Assembly (NCBI GenBank): GCA_963666055.2
Contig: CAXWPH010000015.1
Location: forward strand, 96,001-160,000
DNA: 64,000 bases
Direction of reading: 5' to 3'
DNA from: Acidobacteriota bacterium
GTDB lineage: Bacteria; Acidobacteriota; UBA890; WLXD01
Below are positions 49,529 through 59,740 of this stretch, in pieces; position 1 is the stretch's first letter, and each line of letters starts with the position of its first letter. The position numbers were made by a program, and so were the translations under genes. The notes under the pieces were generated by a model. The model was not told the origin of the DNA and did not search any database. It was given only the letters and a program-made list of their open reading frames with translations.

Positions 49529-52482
49529 TTACCAGTCGAACCTGAGGCCGAGCTGGAACTCACGCGGCGAGCGCGCTGCCGTCGGAATCAGGAACCCGCC
49601 GCTGGTGACGAACGAGCTGCCCTGATTGGAGTAGTTGGTGCGGTCGGTGACGTTGAAGATGTCGAACAGGATTGTGCCCGTGATGCGGGAGCCCATGGCT
49701 ACCCGGTAGCGGAAGCTCACATCCAGGCGCGTGAAGTCCGGCCGGAATCCCCCGTTCTCCCTGCCAGTGGCGGTGATGTCGTCGAGCGCGATGTCCGACG
49801 TTCCACCGGCGCTGTAGCTGCCCGCGGGCGCCACCTCACGCCCGTTGTTGTCCATGCGGGAGGTCAGCTGCGGCGTAAACCGGTCGCCGCTCATGATGCG
49901 GAAGATACCCGAGAACATCAGCCCTTGGTTGGTACCGACCGCGGTACCGGGAACCTGGTACGACCACGAGGTCACCAGGTTGTGGGGGCGAACCCAATTG
50001 GATGCGAAGTCCATGCTGGCGGGGTTGCTCAGCCCGAGGTTGAGCGGCGCGCCGATGAGCGTGCCGGTATCGAAGTTATAGCCCGACTCGGTACGCACCT
50101 GGAAGCGGGCGGGCTCGAGCGACCTCGCCTCGACGTTGCCCGACTGGTTGAGGTAGGTGTACGACACCCGGGCGCTGAAGCGACCGATCGCCGAGTCCAT
50201 GAAGCGACGCTGCAACGAGAACTGCAGCGAGTTCGTGTTGCTCTTGCCGCCGTTGATGTAGGTGCGGACCGAGTTGAGGCTCACCGGGGCGCCGTTCAGG
50301 ATGCTGATATTCGGACGCCCGCTCACCCTCGAGAACGGGTTCAGGTCGACCCGCAGCTGGAGGTCACGGTTGCGTGTATGGACGAAGTCGAACCCTATCG
50401 ACACACCGTTGGAGATCTCGCGCTCCACACCGACGCTAACGGTATCGGCATACGGTGTTACGCGGTCCGGGTTGTCGACCGTCGGCGCGGTGTTCAAGGC
50501 GCCGGCAAGGTTGCCCTCGAGGTCGGCTGCCAGGTGGTCGCGCAGCTGATTGGGGGTGGTGTAGCCGTTGGCCTGCACGATGTCGAAGAACAGCTGTTGA
50601 TCAGAGCCGGAGCCCGGAACCCGCACGGTATAACCGCTGGCCAGGTTGACCGCATCGAGGAAGAAGTCCTCCCAGCTACCGATCGGGAAGCGGTCGTAGA
50701 AGCGGCCGAAGCCGCCACGCACGACGGTGCGGCCATCACGTGCCGGATCCCAGCTGAAGCCGAGGCGCGGCCCGATGTTGGCCTCGCCGACGGTGCTTTG
50801 CCGATCCATGCGAACCCCGAGGTTCAGGGTCACGTTGTCGCTCGGCTGGTAGTCATCCTGGAAGAAGATGCCGAGCGCCTTCTCGTGCGGAATGTCGAGG
50901 TCGCCGCCCTGGGCGCCGCCGACGCGAATCGTGAAGTCGGTGGGGTAGGTGCCGAGGTCGTTCAGGTCCCACTCGGTATCTTCGTCGAAGTCGAACTGCC
51001 CGTTCGCCGTGCTGGCGTTGTTACGGCTCACCAAACGGTCCGAGAAGTGACCGCCGAAGCGGAAGTCGTGGTCACCGCCCAGAAATCCGGTGCGTACAAC
51101 GAGTACGTATCGTCGTACTGGCGCGAGTTGTTGATGCGCGCCGACGCCACCGTGCTGGCCCCCAGCAGGAGGTTGTCGTGGTCTAACGACACGTTGAGGG
51201 CGCGCTGCGCCGCGAAGGTCTTGCCGTTGTTATTGAAGCCGGAGTTGGCGAACGCCACGTCCTCGCGGGTCACGGAAATACGCAGGTTGTTGACCGCCCG
51301 GTCCGACAGCACCGAGTCGATCGACCCGACGAAGCTGGTGTCGCGGTCAAACTCCTCACGCGCGGCCTCGAGCGTGGTATTGCCGCCGATGATCTGGTTG
51401 AACTGCGGCGAATACTCCTGCAGGTAGCGCGCCGCGATTCGATGGTCCGAGCTCGCCTGGTAGTCGAGCTTGACCATGAAGTTCCGCAGCAGGTTCTCCT
51501 CGGTGGTAGTGAAGTTGAACTCCGGCCGCGTAGCGAACTCACGCGCGATGCCCTCGTTCGGGGTCTGACGCTCATAGCTGCCGAAGAAGAACAGCTTGTC
51601 TCTGATAACCGGTCCGCCGAGCGTGCCGCCGATCGACTTGAAGGTGAAGTCGGGCTTCTCGAGGTTGGACCGCCTGGTGAAGAAGTTCGCCTTGTTGATG
51701 CTCGAGTCCTGGTAGTAGTAGAAGGCGCTGCCGTGGACGGTATTGCCGCCGCTCTTGGTGATGGCGTTGAGCACCCCACCGATGGCGCGGCCGAACTCGG
51801 CGTCGAACTGGCTGGTGAGGATCTGGAACTCTTGGATCGCCTCGATCGCGGTGCGCGTCTGCGCACCCGCGGTGGCGCCGATCACATCGTCGTCGTTGTT
51901 GGCGCCGTCGATGTTGAAGGAGTTGCTGTTGTCGTCCATACCGTTGACGAAGATCGAGTCAGAGGCCGTCGACTGGCTGTCCGGCGATACCTGCACGCCG
52001 GGCAACAAGCCGGCGAACACCACGAAGCTGCGACCCTGCGTGGGCAACGATATGAAGTCCTCGGCGGTCAAGTTCCCGCCCACCTCTTTCGAGGCGACGT
52101 CAACAAGCGGGCTCTCGCCGGTGACCGTCACCGTCTCGGTGATACCACCGAGCTGGAGCGTGGCGTTGAGCTCACCGTCCTGTCCTACCCGCAGCACCAC
52201 CCCGGTGGTCTCGGAGGTGTTGAACCCCTGCAACATGAACGTGACGGTATATACCGAGGGTATGAGACCGTTGACGTTGTAGCCGCCGGTGGCCGAGGTG
52301 ACGGTGATGCGCTCGGCCGAGGTCGACTCGTTGCGAACGGTCACCGTGACACCAGGTAGCGGTGATCCATCCGGATCCAGCACCGAGCCCGAAAGATCGG
52401 CACGTGCGAACTGCGCCTCCGCCGGCGCAGCGAAGCTGACCGCCAAGGCCAGCGTTATCAGAGCGATTACGGTACGTCGCAT
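49529..52482 (-). CDS. TonB-dependent receptor with an N-terminal carboxypeptidase-regulatory-like domain (Oar-like), frameshifted near 51078-51080
   Basis: Signal peptide, G.V.DPDG..LPGVTVT, ETVTV, AIQEFQI, AEFGRA.GG..NAITKSG, C-terminal QLGLRFDW. One extra G joins the two ORFs. Confidence 0.88.
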
Positions 52483-52951
52483 TGTGTCTCTCCAGACTGG
52501 GGAAAATCTCACGGCGGCCGGAACCCACGTCCGTCCGTCTCGCGGTTGCCCGCCAATTGCGTGTGAAATCGAATATGTCACACGGCGAAAAATCACACTA
52601 GGGTTGCAAGGATCATGCCCGTCGTCCCCATCCATGGCGTACGATCGGCACCGTGCTAACGAAAGATGTGTATTCGGGCGCCACAGCCGAAGCATACCGG
52701 GCGATTCTGTCAATCGTCCCGAGCGGTCGTCGTTGCACTGGAGGCGAACCCAGCACGAAAGCGAACGCTCTTTGCGGGTCCGCGGCACATCCGGGCGCGA
52801 CTGAATCCAACCAATTGGCCCCGTGCTCCAGTAATTTGGATTTCTCCTGCTTCCGGCCCGAGGGGGTCCCCTTTGGACCCAAACGTGCCACGCCTGGCCA
52901 GACTGCCGCGCCAACCGGGTCGGTGCAGCGAAAAAGGGTTCGGTAGACGGC

Positions 52952-54037
52952 TCAGAGGCTGTTGCGCTCCGCCGGTCCCGCCGCCTCGAAGCGCCAGACG
53001 TTTGGTCCGAGTGCTGCGGCCACTGCGGAGACTGTGCGGCGCTCGCACGCTGCGACGATGCAGCCTCCAAATCCAGCGCCCACGACCCGGGCCCCGAATG
53101 CTCCGGCGCTGCGAGCCGCCTCGACCAATCGGTCGACGGCGGGATGGCTGACCTCGTAGTCGTCGCGCAGCCCGGCATGAGACGCGTCGATCAGCGCACC
53201 GAGCGCCTGTAGGTCCGCGGCGTGGAGCGCCTCGACCGCTGCCTCGACGCGCTTCGCCTCGTCGAACACGAACCCGGCGCGACGGCGCAGCACCGGGTCC
53301 TCGATCGCCTCCACTCGACGGTCCGGCTCACTCACATCGGCCAGCAGTCCGTCGTCGACACCGAGCAACCGCGCTGCGGCCAAGCACTGGCGCACCCGAT
53401 CGTTGTAGAGCTTACGGGCCGCACCGGATTTGGGTGCAGCAACGCCCGAATCGGCCACCACCACTGCGAGAGATTCGGGCATCGGCACCGCTTCTACGCG
53501 CACCGGCCTGAAGTCGATCCGCAGCGCGTGCCCAGGTCGGGCGAGCAGCGCGATCGCGTGGTCCATGCCGCCCGACAGTGTTCCGACGTAATGCTCGGCG
53601 AGCTGTGCCTCCTCGGCGAGCACGGCGCGATCACCGACCGGCGCTAAAGCCAGCAAGCTCGCTACTACCAGCGCCGAGGACGAAGACAGACCGGCCTCGG
53701 GCGGCACGTCACCGCCCACCACGATCTCGAGTCCCGTCGATGGCGGGCGCTGGCGAGCCGCCGCGATGACGTAGTCGACCCAGGTGCCGGCACGTGCGCG
53801 TCGGGGAAGTTGCTCGAGGGGAACCTCTTCACACGGGTAACGGTCCGTCTCGACGTTGCGGATGCGCAGCATGGGCGCACGCCGCGGCGCGATAGCCACC
53901 CATATGCTGCGATCTATGGCCATGGGAAGCACCGGAAAGCCGTTGTAGTCGGTGTGCTCGCCGATCAGGTTCACACGGCCTGGAGCCCGAGCGATGACCC
54001 GGGCGTCGGGAAGCTCGCACAGCACCGCTTGTCGCAT
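52952..54037 (-). CDS. galK: Galactokinase
   Basis: APGRVNLIGEHTDYN, PPEAGLSSS, GGMD, GARVVGAGFGG. Confidence 0.92.
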   Translation of the reverse strand: MRQAVLCELPDARVIARAPGRVNLIGEHTDYNGFPVLPMAIDRSIWVAIAPRRAPMLRIRNVETDRYPCEEVPLEQLPRRARAGTWVDYVIAAARQRPPSTGLEIVVGGDVPPEAGLSSSSALVVASLLALAPVGDRAVLAEEAQLAEHYVGTLSGGMDHAIALLARPGHALRIDFRPVRVEAVPMPESLAVVVADSGVAAPKSGAARKLYNDRVRQCLAAARLLGVDDGLLADVSEPDRRVEAIEDPVLRRRAGFVFDEAKRVEAAVEALHAADLQALGALIDASHAGLRDDYEVSHPAVDRLVEAARSAGAFGARVVGAGFGGCIVAACERRTVSAVAAALGPNVWRFEAAGPAERNSL

Positions 54038-54201
54038 CGTCTCTCCACCGACTCTCGCCGCCCCGCCGGGCGGCAGCGGCAACCATACCTCGCCGCAAGG
54101 GCGGGCAACCGGCTGCCGTGGTGGTGCCGCCACCGCGTCGATAGAATCCCGCCCGTACATCTCAGCCGTACCGGCAGGTTGGTCAGCAACCAGGAGGCAG
54201 C

Positions 54202-55347
54202 ATGAGCTCGTTACGCCGACGTCTGGGGATCGTGGCCGCCTGCGCTGTCTTGGTGCCAGCCTGCTCCATCGACATCGAGCATCAGGGCGCGTCACCGCGC
54301 CCGATCTCCGAGCTGGAGTCCAGCGTCGATGGTTGGGCGAACGAAGCTCTCGAGAGCAAGGCTGTCGCTGGTTTGTCGGTAGCCGTATCGCGGGGCGACA
54401 AACTGCAGTTCGCCAAGGGCTACGGAAGCGCCGACCTCGAGAACAGCGTTCCCGCAGCTGCCGAGACCGTCTACCGAATTGGCTCGATCACCAAGCAGTT
54501 CACCGCTGCTGCCGTCATGCAGCTGGTCGAGCGGGGCGATGTTGTGCTTGAAAACGACATCGCTGAGTACGTCGACTTCCCCACCGGCGACCACCGCGTC
54601 ACCGTACATCAGCTCCTCAACCACACTTCCGGGATCAAGAGCTACACCGACCTCGGCGAGAAGTGGACCAGCACGATCCCCCTGGCGATCACCCACGACG
54701 TGTTGTTCGGCCTGCTCGCCGACCAACCGTTCGACTTCGCGCCGGGCGACGAGTGGCGCTACAACAACACGGGGTTCTACCTGCTCGGTGTGATCGTCGA
54801 GAACGTCACCGACACGTCCTATTCCGAATACCTCCAGCAGGAGATATTCGATCCGCTAGGCCTCGGCAGCACGAGCTACTGCGACGAGAAGAAGCTCATT
54901 CCCCACCGCGCCGAAGGCTACGAGAGCGAGGACGGTGACCTGGTCAACGACGAGCTGATCGACATGACCCATCCATTCGCCGCCGGGGCGTTGTGTTCGA
55001 ACGTCCTCGACCTATTGCGCTGGCAGCGAGCGCTGGAAGAGGGTGAGGTGGTCAGCGAGGTCTCGTACAAGCTCATGTCGACTCCGGCGACGCTCAACGA
55101 CGGCGCGGCGCTCGAATACGGCTACGGTCTCGGGGTGGACACTCTGGGTGGTCATCGCCGCGTCGCCCACGGCGGCGGAATCAACGGTTTTGTCACGATG
55201 GCGGCACGCTACCCCGACGAAGACCTCAGCGTCATCGTGCTGACCAACACGCCCGGGCCAACCGCCTTCCAGCTCGAAGAGCGCATCGCACGCGCCGCTC
55301 TCGGGCTGCCCGAGGCGAAGGAAGACGAAGAAGCCGAGATCCCGTAA
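54202..55347 (+). CDS. Serine hydrolase, beta-lactamase/PBP-like family; probable lipoprotein
   Basis: SITK (SxxK), LLNHTSG, YNN (YxN), HGG. Lipobox-like VPAC. Confidence 0.9.
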   Translation: MSSLRRRLGIVAACAVLVPACSIDIEHQGASPRPISELESSVDGWANEALESKAVAGLSVAVSRGDKLQFAKGYGSADLENSVPAAAETVYRIGSITKQFTAAAVMQLVERGDVVLENDIAEYVDFPTGDHRVTVHQLLNHTSGIKSYTDLGEKWTSTIPLAITHDVLFGLLADQPFDFAPGDEWRYNNTGFYLLGVIVENVTDTSYSEYLQQEIFDPLGLGSTSYCDEKKLIPHRAEGYESEDGDLVNDELIDMTHPFAAGALCSNVLDLLRWQRALEEGEVVSEVSYKLMSTPATLNDGAALEYGYGLGVDTLGGHRRVAHGGGINGFVTMAARYPDEDLSVIVLTNTPGPTAFQLEERIARAALGLPEAKEDEEAEIP

Positions 55348-55435
55348 CGTCGACGACGAGTCTCCGCGCGGCACTGAGGTTGGACCCCCGAGGCCAGCGG
55401 ACGTGTTCCGAGCTCGTGCTATCGTGCGCGCCGCC

Positions 55436-56506
55436 ATGCCTTCCCAAGATCCGGCGATCGCCCACCCCGAGCCACTCGAGATCCCGGCGGCTGCCCGCAT
55501 CCTCGGCATCCGATTTTCCGCGCTCGGCGACACACTGCTGACGTTCCCGGCTCTGAGGCTCCTCAGGGCCACCTATCCGGACATCCACCTCGCCTTCCTC
55601 ACCGACACGCGCTGCGCCGGTTTGTTCGACGGGCTCGAAGTCCTCGACGAGCTCCTGACGCTTGACCGCGGCGCACTGAAGAGACTCCGGCCGGGCGCCG
55701 TGGCGCAGCTGCTGAACAGGGTGCTACGACCGGCTCTCTTCGGTCGCTGGGACGTGGTGATCGACTTTCAGGGGTTCACCGAGACCGCCGCGATTGGCGC
55801 CCTGACAGGCGCTCCGATCCGCGTCGGGCGCCGCTACAAGACCGGAGCCCACCGCCTCTATCGACCCTGGATCGACGCACCGCACTTGCCGATCTACATG
55901 ACCGACGCCCACATCGACACCATCGTGCGCGCCGGGCTAGCGCCGGCGCCAGCAGCGCGCCGACAAGCCGGAGCTGCCCGCTTCTATCGGACCCCTGCCG
56001 AGGCCTCGCGACGCTGGCTCACAAGGTGCGCATCAAGGCGCCAACCGACCGCCGAGCAGGCACCGTCGATCGCTTTCTTCGTGGGCGCCGCCAAGGCGCA
56101 CAAGCTCTGGCCGGCGGCCCGGTTCGCACAGCTCGCCCGTCGCCTCGCGGCCGAGCTACCGCACTCGTTCCTGATCTTCGCGGGTCCCGGCGAGCAGGAG
56201 ATCACGCGGCAAGTGGTCGAGGATGCGACGCAACACGGGCTGGCAGATCGTGTTGCTGATGGAGGATGCGGCGACCTCGCGACGCTAGCCGCGGCATTCG
56301 AGCACTGCAGTGCCACAGTGAGCAACGATACCGGCCCGCTGCATCTGAGCGTCGCGGTCGGCACTCCGACGCTGGGTATCTTCTCTACCGGCGACCCGCA
56401 CTTCATACCGCCGCCCCCACACAGATACGTCGTCGCTCCGGGGGGACAGGTCGACGCGATCACCGTCGATCAGGTCGCCACCGCGGTGCACAAGCTGCTC
56501 ACCTAG
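55436..56506 (+). CDS. Glycosyltransferase family 9 (heptosyltransferase-like)
   Basis: RFSALGD, DFQG, K.WP, SNDTGPLHLSVAVGTP. Confidence 0.9.
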   Translation: MPSQDPAIAHPEPLEIPAAARILGIRFSALGDTLLTFPALRLLRATYPDIHLAFLTDTRCAGLFDGLEVLDELLTLDRGALKRLRPGAVAQLLNRVLRPALFGRWDVVIDFQGFTETAAIGALTGAPIRVGRRYKTGAHRLYRPWIDAPHLPIYMTDAHIDTIVRAGLAPAPAARRQAGAARFYRTPAEASRRWLTRCASRRQPTAEQAPSIAFFVGAAKAHKLWPAARFAQLARRLAAELPHSFLIFAGPGEQEITRQVVEDATQHGLADRVADGGCGDLATLAAAFEHCSATVSNDTGPLHLSVAVGTPTLGIFSTGDPHFIPPPPHRYVVAPGGQVDAITVDQVATAVHKLLT

Positions 56507-56550
56507 TGTCCTGAGTCAGGACACTCTCAGGCCGGGAAGTGTGGCGGCCC
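56505..56550. repeat. Perfect inverted repeat followed by a degenerate MITE end
   Basis: AGTGTCCTGA-G-TCAGGACACT (56505-56525), then CAGGCCGGGAAGTGTGGCGG. Lies between convergent genes. Confidence 0.6.
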
Positions 56551-56551
56551 G

Positions 56552-57718
56552 CTACTGGACTGCGAGCACCTCGCCGCGGCGACTCAGGCCCACGAGCAGG
56601 GCAACGACGCGGCCGTAGCTCTGCACACCCCCCGGCACACGGTTGGAACGCAAGTAGGCATCGTTGATGCGCGAGGCGATTGGCGTGGCGCGGCTGTGGT
56701 AGCGATCCCAGAACTCGCGCATGGCGCGCACGTCGGCGACAGGCCCGTTATCGAGGGTCGCCCAGACCTCGGCGGCCTCGTCGGGGGAATGGCGCGCCAC
56801 GGAGCCGACCAGCGCCATTCCCATGTACAGATGGGCTGCGTAGCGTAGGTAGGGATCGTCGGCACCGGCGCAGGCTATCGCCGCCACCAGGTTGGCTTCG
56901 CCTTCGTCGGTGATACCCCGCTGGTGGGCCTTCTCGTGCGCCACCGTGATCGGTAGCGACGCGTCGGGCACCAGCCGATTGAAGGAAGGCTCGCCAGTGA
57001 ACGGGATATAGATGCCGCTGATGCCGAGATACGAGAAAACCGTCGAGGACAGGAGCGGCTTGGCGCGTGACGCCAGGTTGCCCAGTTCATCGCCAGGCAG
57101 ACGGAGCTCCAGATACCTCGCGTCGATTGCCGCGTTCAACTCGCTCAAGGTCATTGGCAGGCGGCTCGCGGCGTCGACGGCGACTCCGAGTAGCCGGTGG
57201 TCGCGGTTCGCCGCGTCGATCGCCCGCCGGGTGAGCTCGAGTACCTCCGGCGCATCGATCTCGGCGGTCTCGAGGCCCAGCCGGGTCGCCAGCGGCGGCC
57301 GCGCGTAGTTGAAGCCCCACAGAAACAGGAACGCCAGAAACGCCCAGCCCGCCACGATCCAGGCGCGCATCGCCAGCCGGCCGGTCGCAGCCAACGCCCG
57401 TCGAGGCCATGGTCGGGGGGTCGCCTCGGCAGGCCCGCGGCGCCAACGAACAATGCGCCAACCCAGCCAGGCCACGACCGCCAGCAAGCTTGCCTCGGCG
57501 AGCGAGAGAGGGAACCAAGCGTTGGCCCAGGCTAGCGTGTGAGCAACCAACGGATACAGGCCTCGGCTGTAAATGCTCTCGACAAGATCGGGCAGCCCGA
57601 ACGCGATCCGCTGCACCAGCAGAGCCGCCGGCAGGATGAGCAGGTTGACGAGCGCAGCGGGGCGCGACCAGGATCGCCCGCGCCGCCAGCGCGACGCTGG
57701 TAGTCGTGCTTCAATCAA
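56552..57718 (-). CDS. DUF3810-like membrane zinc metallopeptidase; start uncertain
   Basis: VESIYSRGLYP, FPLSLAE, LWGFNY.R, GIYIPFTGE, HEKAH (HExxH), EGEAN. Confidence 0.8.
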   Translation of the reverse strand: MIEARLPASRWRRGRSWSRPAALVNLLILPAALLVQRIAFGLPDLVESIYSRGLYPLVAHTLAWANAWFPLSLAEASLLAVVAWLGWRIVRWRRGPAEATPRPWPRRALAATGRLAMRAWIVAGWAFLAFLFLWGFNYARPPLATRLGLETAEIDAPEVLELTRRAIDAANRDHRLLGVAVDAASRLPMTLSELNAAIDARYLELRLPGDELGNLASRAKPLLSSTVFSYLGISGIYIPFTGEPSFNRLVPDASLPITVAHEKAHQRGITDEGEANLVAAIACAGADDPYLRYAAHLYMGMALVGSVARHSPDEAAEVWATLDNGPVADVRAMREFWDRYHSRATPIASRINDAYLRSNRVPGGVQSYGRVVALLVGLSRRGEVLAVQ

Positions 57719-57809
57719 CGCTCTTGACCTCTGGCGGCTCGTGGTGGAAGTGTTATGCGTCTGGCCGATTGACCGGCTCGACGCCGACAATCCTCCCCGG
57801 GAGGATCGC

Positions 57810-59075
57810 ATGACGCTCGATCTGAGCTCCAAGGATCGCTCATTGCTCGCCGGTGAGCACGGTCCCGCGGGCCGATTTGCGATGTCGATCCTTGTGCGTA
57901 TGGCCGAAGCCTTCGGTGCTGAGCGCATGCTCGACATCTCGCAGGCTCATATCGACAGCACCGTGTATCAGGGCGAAGCAACGCTGGAGTTCGCCGAACG
58001 TCTCGCAGACATGGACGCGCGCGTCGCGGTTCCATCGACGGCGAATGTCAGCGGCGTGGATGCCGACAACTGGCAAGAGTGGGCGGTGCCGGGAGAATGG
58101 GCCGAGAAGGCCTATCGGCAGATGCAGGCCTACGAGCGCATGGGGTGCACGCCGACGTGGACCTGCGCCCCCTATCAGACGGCCATGCGGCCGACCCTCG
58201 GCCAACAGATCGCCTGGGGAGAATCAAACGCCATCGCTTTCGCCAACTCGGTCATCGGCGCACGCACCGAACGCTACCCCGACATGATGGATATCTGCGC
58301 GGCGATAACCGCCCGGGTGCCAGCGCGTGGTCTGCATCTGGATGACAACCGCGCCGGCGACGTGCTGTTGCGGCTGGTGGATATCCCCGAGGCGTTGCAA
58401 CGCGACGATTCGTTCTGCGCCGTCCTCGGCTACCTGATGGGGAAGATCGCCCAGGAGCGGGTGCCGGTTATCGACGGGTTCACCGCCACCCCCTCGGAGG
58501 ATGACCTCAAGGCGCTTGGCGCCGGCGGGGCGTCGGCGGGAGCAGTGGCATTGTTTCACCTTGTCGGCCACACGCCCGAGGCACCGACGTTGGAGGCGGC
58601 ATTTCGGGGTCGCGATCCGGCCGAGACGCACGAGTTGACGGTTCGCGACCTACGCCGGGCGCGCGCCGAGCTCACCACGTTCGACGGCGATCGGCTCGAC
58701 GTCGTGGTCCTGGGGAGCCCGCACTTCTCACTCGAGGAGTTCCGCCGCCTGGCGCCCCTCCTGGAGGGCCAGCGGTGTCATCCCGAGGTGCTTTTCGTGG
58801 TAACCACGGGACGCATGATGCGCGCCCTCGCCGAGCAGGCCGGCTTGCTCGGGCCGCTGCGCGAGTTTGGCGTCAAGATCACGGTGGACACCTGCATCCT
58901 CACCACGCCGATGCTGCCGCCCGAGATCGATACCCTGATGACCAATTCTGCAAAGTACGCTTACTACACGCCAGGTCTGCTCGACGCGGACGTCACCTTC
59001 GGCAGCCTGGAAGATTGTGTTCGTTCGGCGATCGCTGGCCGCGTCGAGCGCGACGAGTCCTTATGGCAGGGGTGA
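57810..59075 (+). CDS. Aconitase X catalytic (DUF521) subunit
   Basis: AHID, TCAPY, AWGESNA..FANSV.GART, GSPH, DTC, TNSAKYA.Y. GGAGG RBS. Confidence 0.88.
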   Translation: MTLDLSSKDRSLLAGEHGPAGRFAMSILVRMAEAFGAERMLDISQAHIDSTVYQGEATLEFAERLADMDARVAVPSTANVSGVDADNWQEWAVPGEWAEKAYRQMQAYERMGCTPTWTCAPYQTAMRPTLGQQIAWGESNAIAFANSVIGARTERYPDMMDICAAITARVPARGLHLDDNRAGDVLLRLVDIPEALQRDDSFCAVLGYLMGKIAQERVPVIDGFTATPSEDDLKALGAGGASAGAVALFHLVGHTPEAPTLEAAFRGRDPAETHELTVRDLRRARAELTTFDGDRLDVVVLGSPHFSLEEFRRLAPLLEGQRCHPEVLFVVTTGRMMRALAEQAGLLGPLREFGVKITVDTCILTTPMLPPEIDTLMTNSAKYAYYTPGLLDADVTFGSLEDCVRSAIAGRVERDESLWQG

Positions 59076-59479
59076 TCCAGGGAAGGGTGCTGGTGGCCGG
59101 CGACGTCGAGGGCGAGGTGCTTGCCAGCACCGAGCCGCTGAGCTTCTGGGGCGGCTACGATCAGACGTCGGGCGAGATCATCGATCGGCGGCACCCCCTG
59201 TCAGGCTGCGTCGCGGCCGGCAAGATCCTCGCGCTGCCTGCCTCGCGCGGATCTAGCACGACCGCTGCCGTGTTGCTCGAAGCGGTGCGCCGCGGCACCG
59301 CGCCGGCCGCGATCATCACTGACGGCGCCGACACGTTCCTGACGCTGGCAGCAATCGTCGCCGACGAGATGTACCAGCGGACCTTCGCTGTGGTATCGGT
59401 CGACACCGAAGACTTTGAAACGCTGGCGTCCGCCGAGAGGCTGCACGTAGGCATCGACGGCAGCATCGACGTCGTCTAG
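59063..59479 (+). CDS. Aconitase X swivel (DUF126) subunit
   Basis: LSFWGGYD..SGEIID.RHPL.G, RGSSTT, APAAII. Confidence 0.88.
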   Translation: MAGVIQGRVLVAGDVEGEVLASTEPLSFWGGYDQTSGEIIDRRHPLSGCVAAGKILALPASRGSSTTAAVLLEAVRRGTAPAAIITDGADTFLTLAAIVADEMYQRTFAVVSVDTEDFETLASAERLHVGIDGSIDVV

Positions 59480-59684
59480 CAGGCCGTGGTGAAAGTGTGG
59501 TGGGTCTGGCGACAGGGTCTGGCGAAGTGGAGGCAAGCAGAGAGGAGGAGGCGATGGGTACCCCATCGTTGACGAGGAACGACGCAGCATACGCGCGCAA
59601 CCCCCTGTCGCCCGAAGGGTTACGGCCCACCACACTTTCACCACGGCCTGCTAGCCTCACGACACTTCCATCACGGCCTGCTAG
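59476..59684. mobile_element. MITE-like element, copy B (59476-59654), plus a tandem extra right end (59655-59684)
   Basis: CTAGCAGGCCGTGGTGAAAGTGTGGTGGG ... CCCACCACACTTTCACCACGGCCTGCTAG form a perfect 29-bp inverted repeat including CTAG. A second CACTTCCATCACGGCCTGCTAG follows. Confidence 0.85.
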
Positions 59685-59740
59685 GCTCGACCACCTCAGA
59701 ACGCCGATCATCGAGGACACCCCCGTTCGCCGAGGCAAAC

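Noticed and set aside
52692-52714. TTGACA...TATGCT sigma70 promoter on the minus strand
   Set aside because: The spacer is only 11 nt.
54202-55347. Antibiotic-resistance beta-lactamase
   Set aside because: SxxK/YxN/HGG places it in the broad serine hydrolase family. A resistance function cannot be inferred from this.
59626-59684. Tandem CACGGCCTGCTAG repeats as a mini CRISPR array
   Set aside because: Only two units, with no spacer-sized unique sequence and no cas genes. Explained as duplicated MITE ends.
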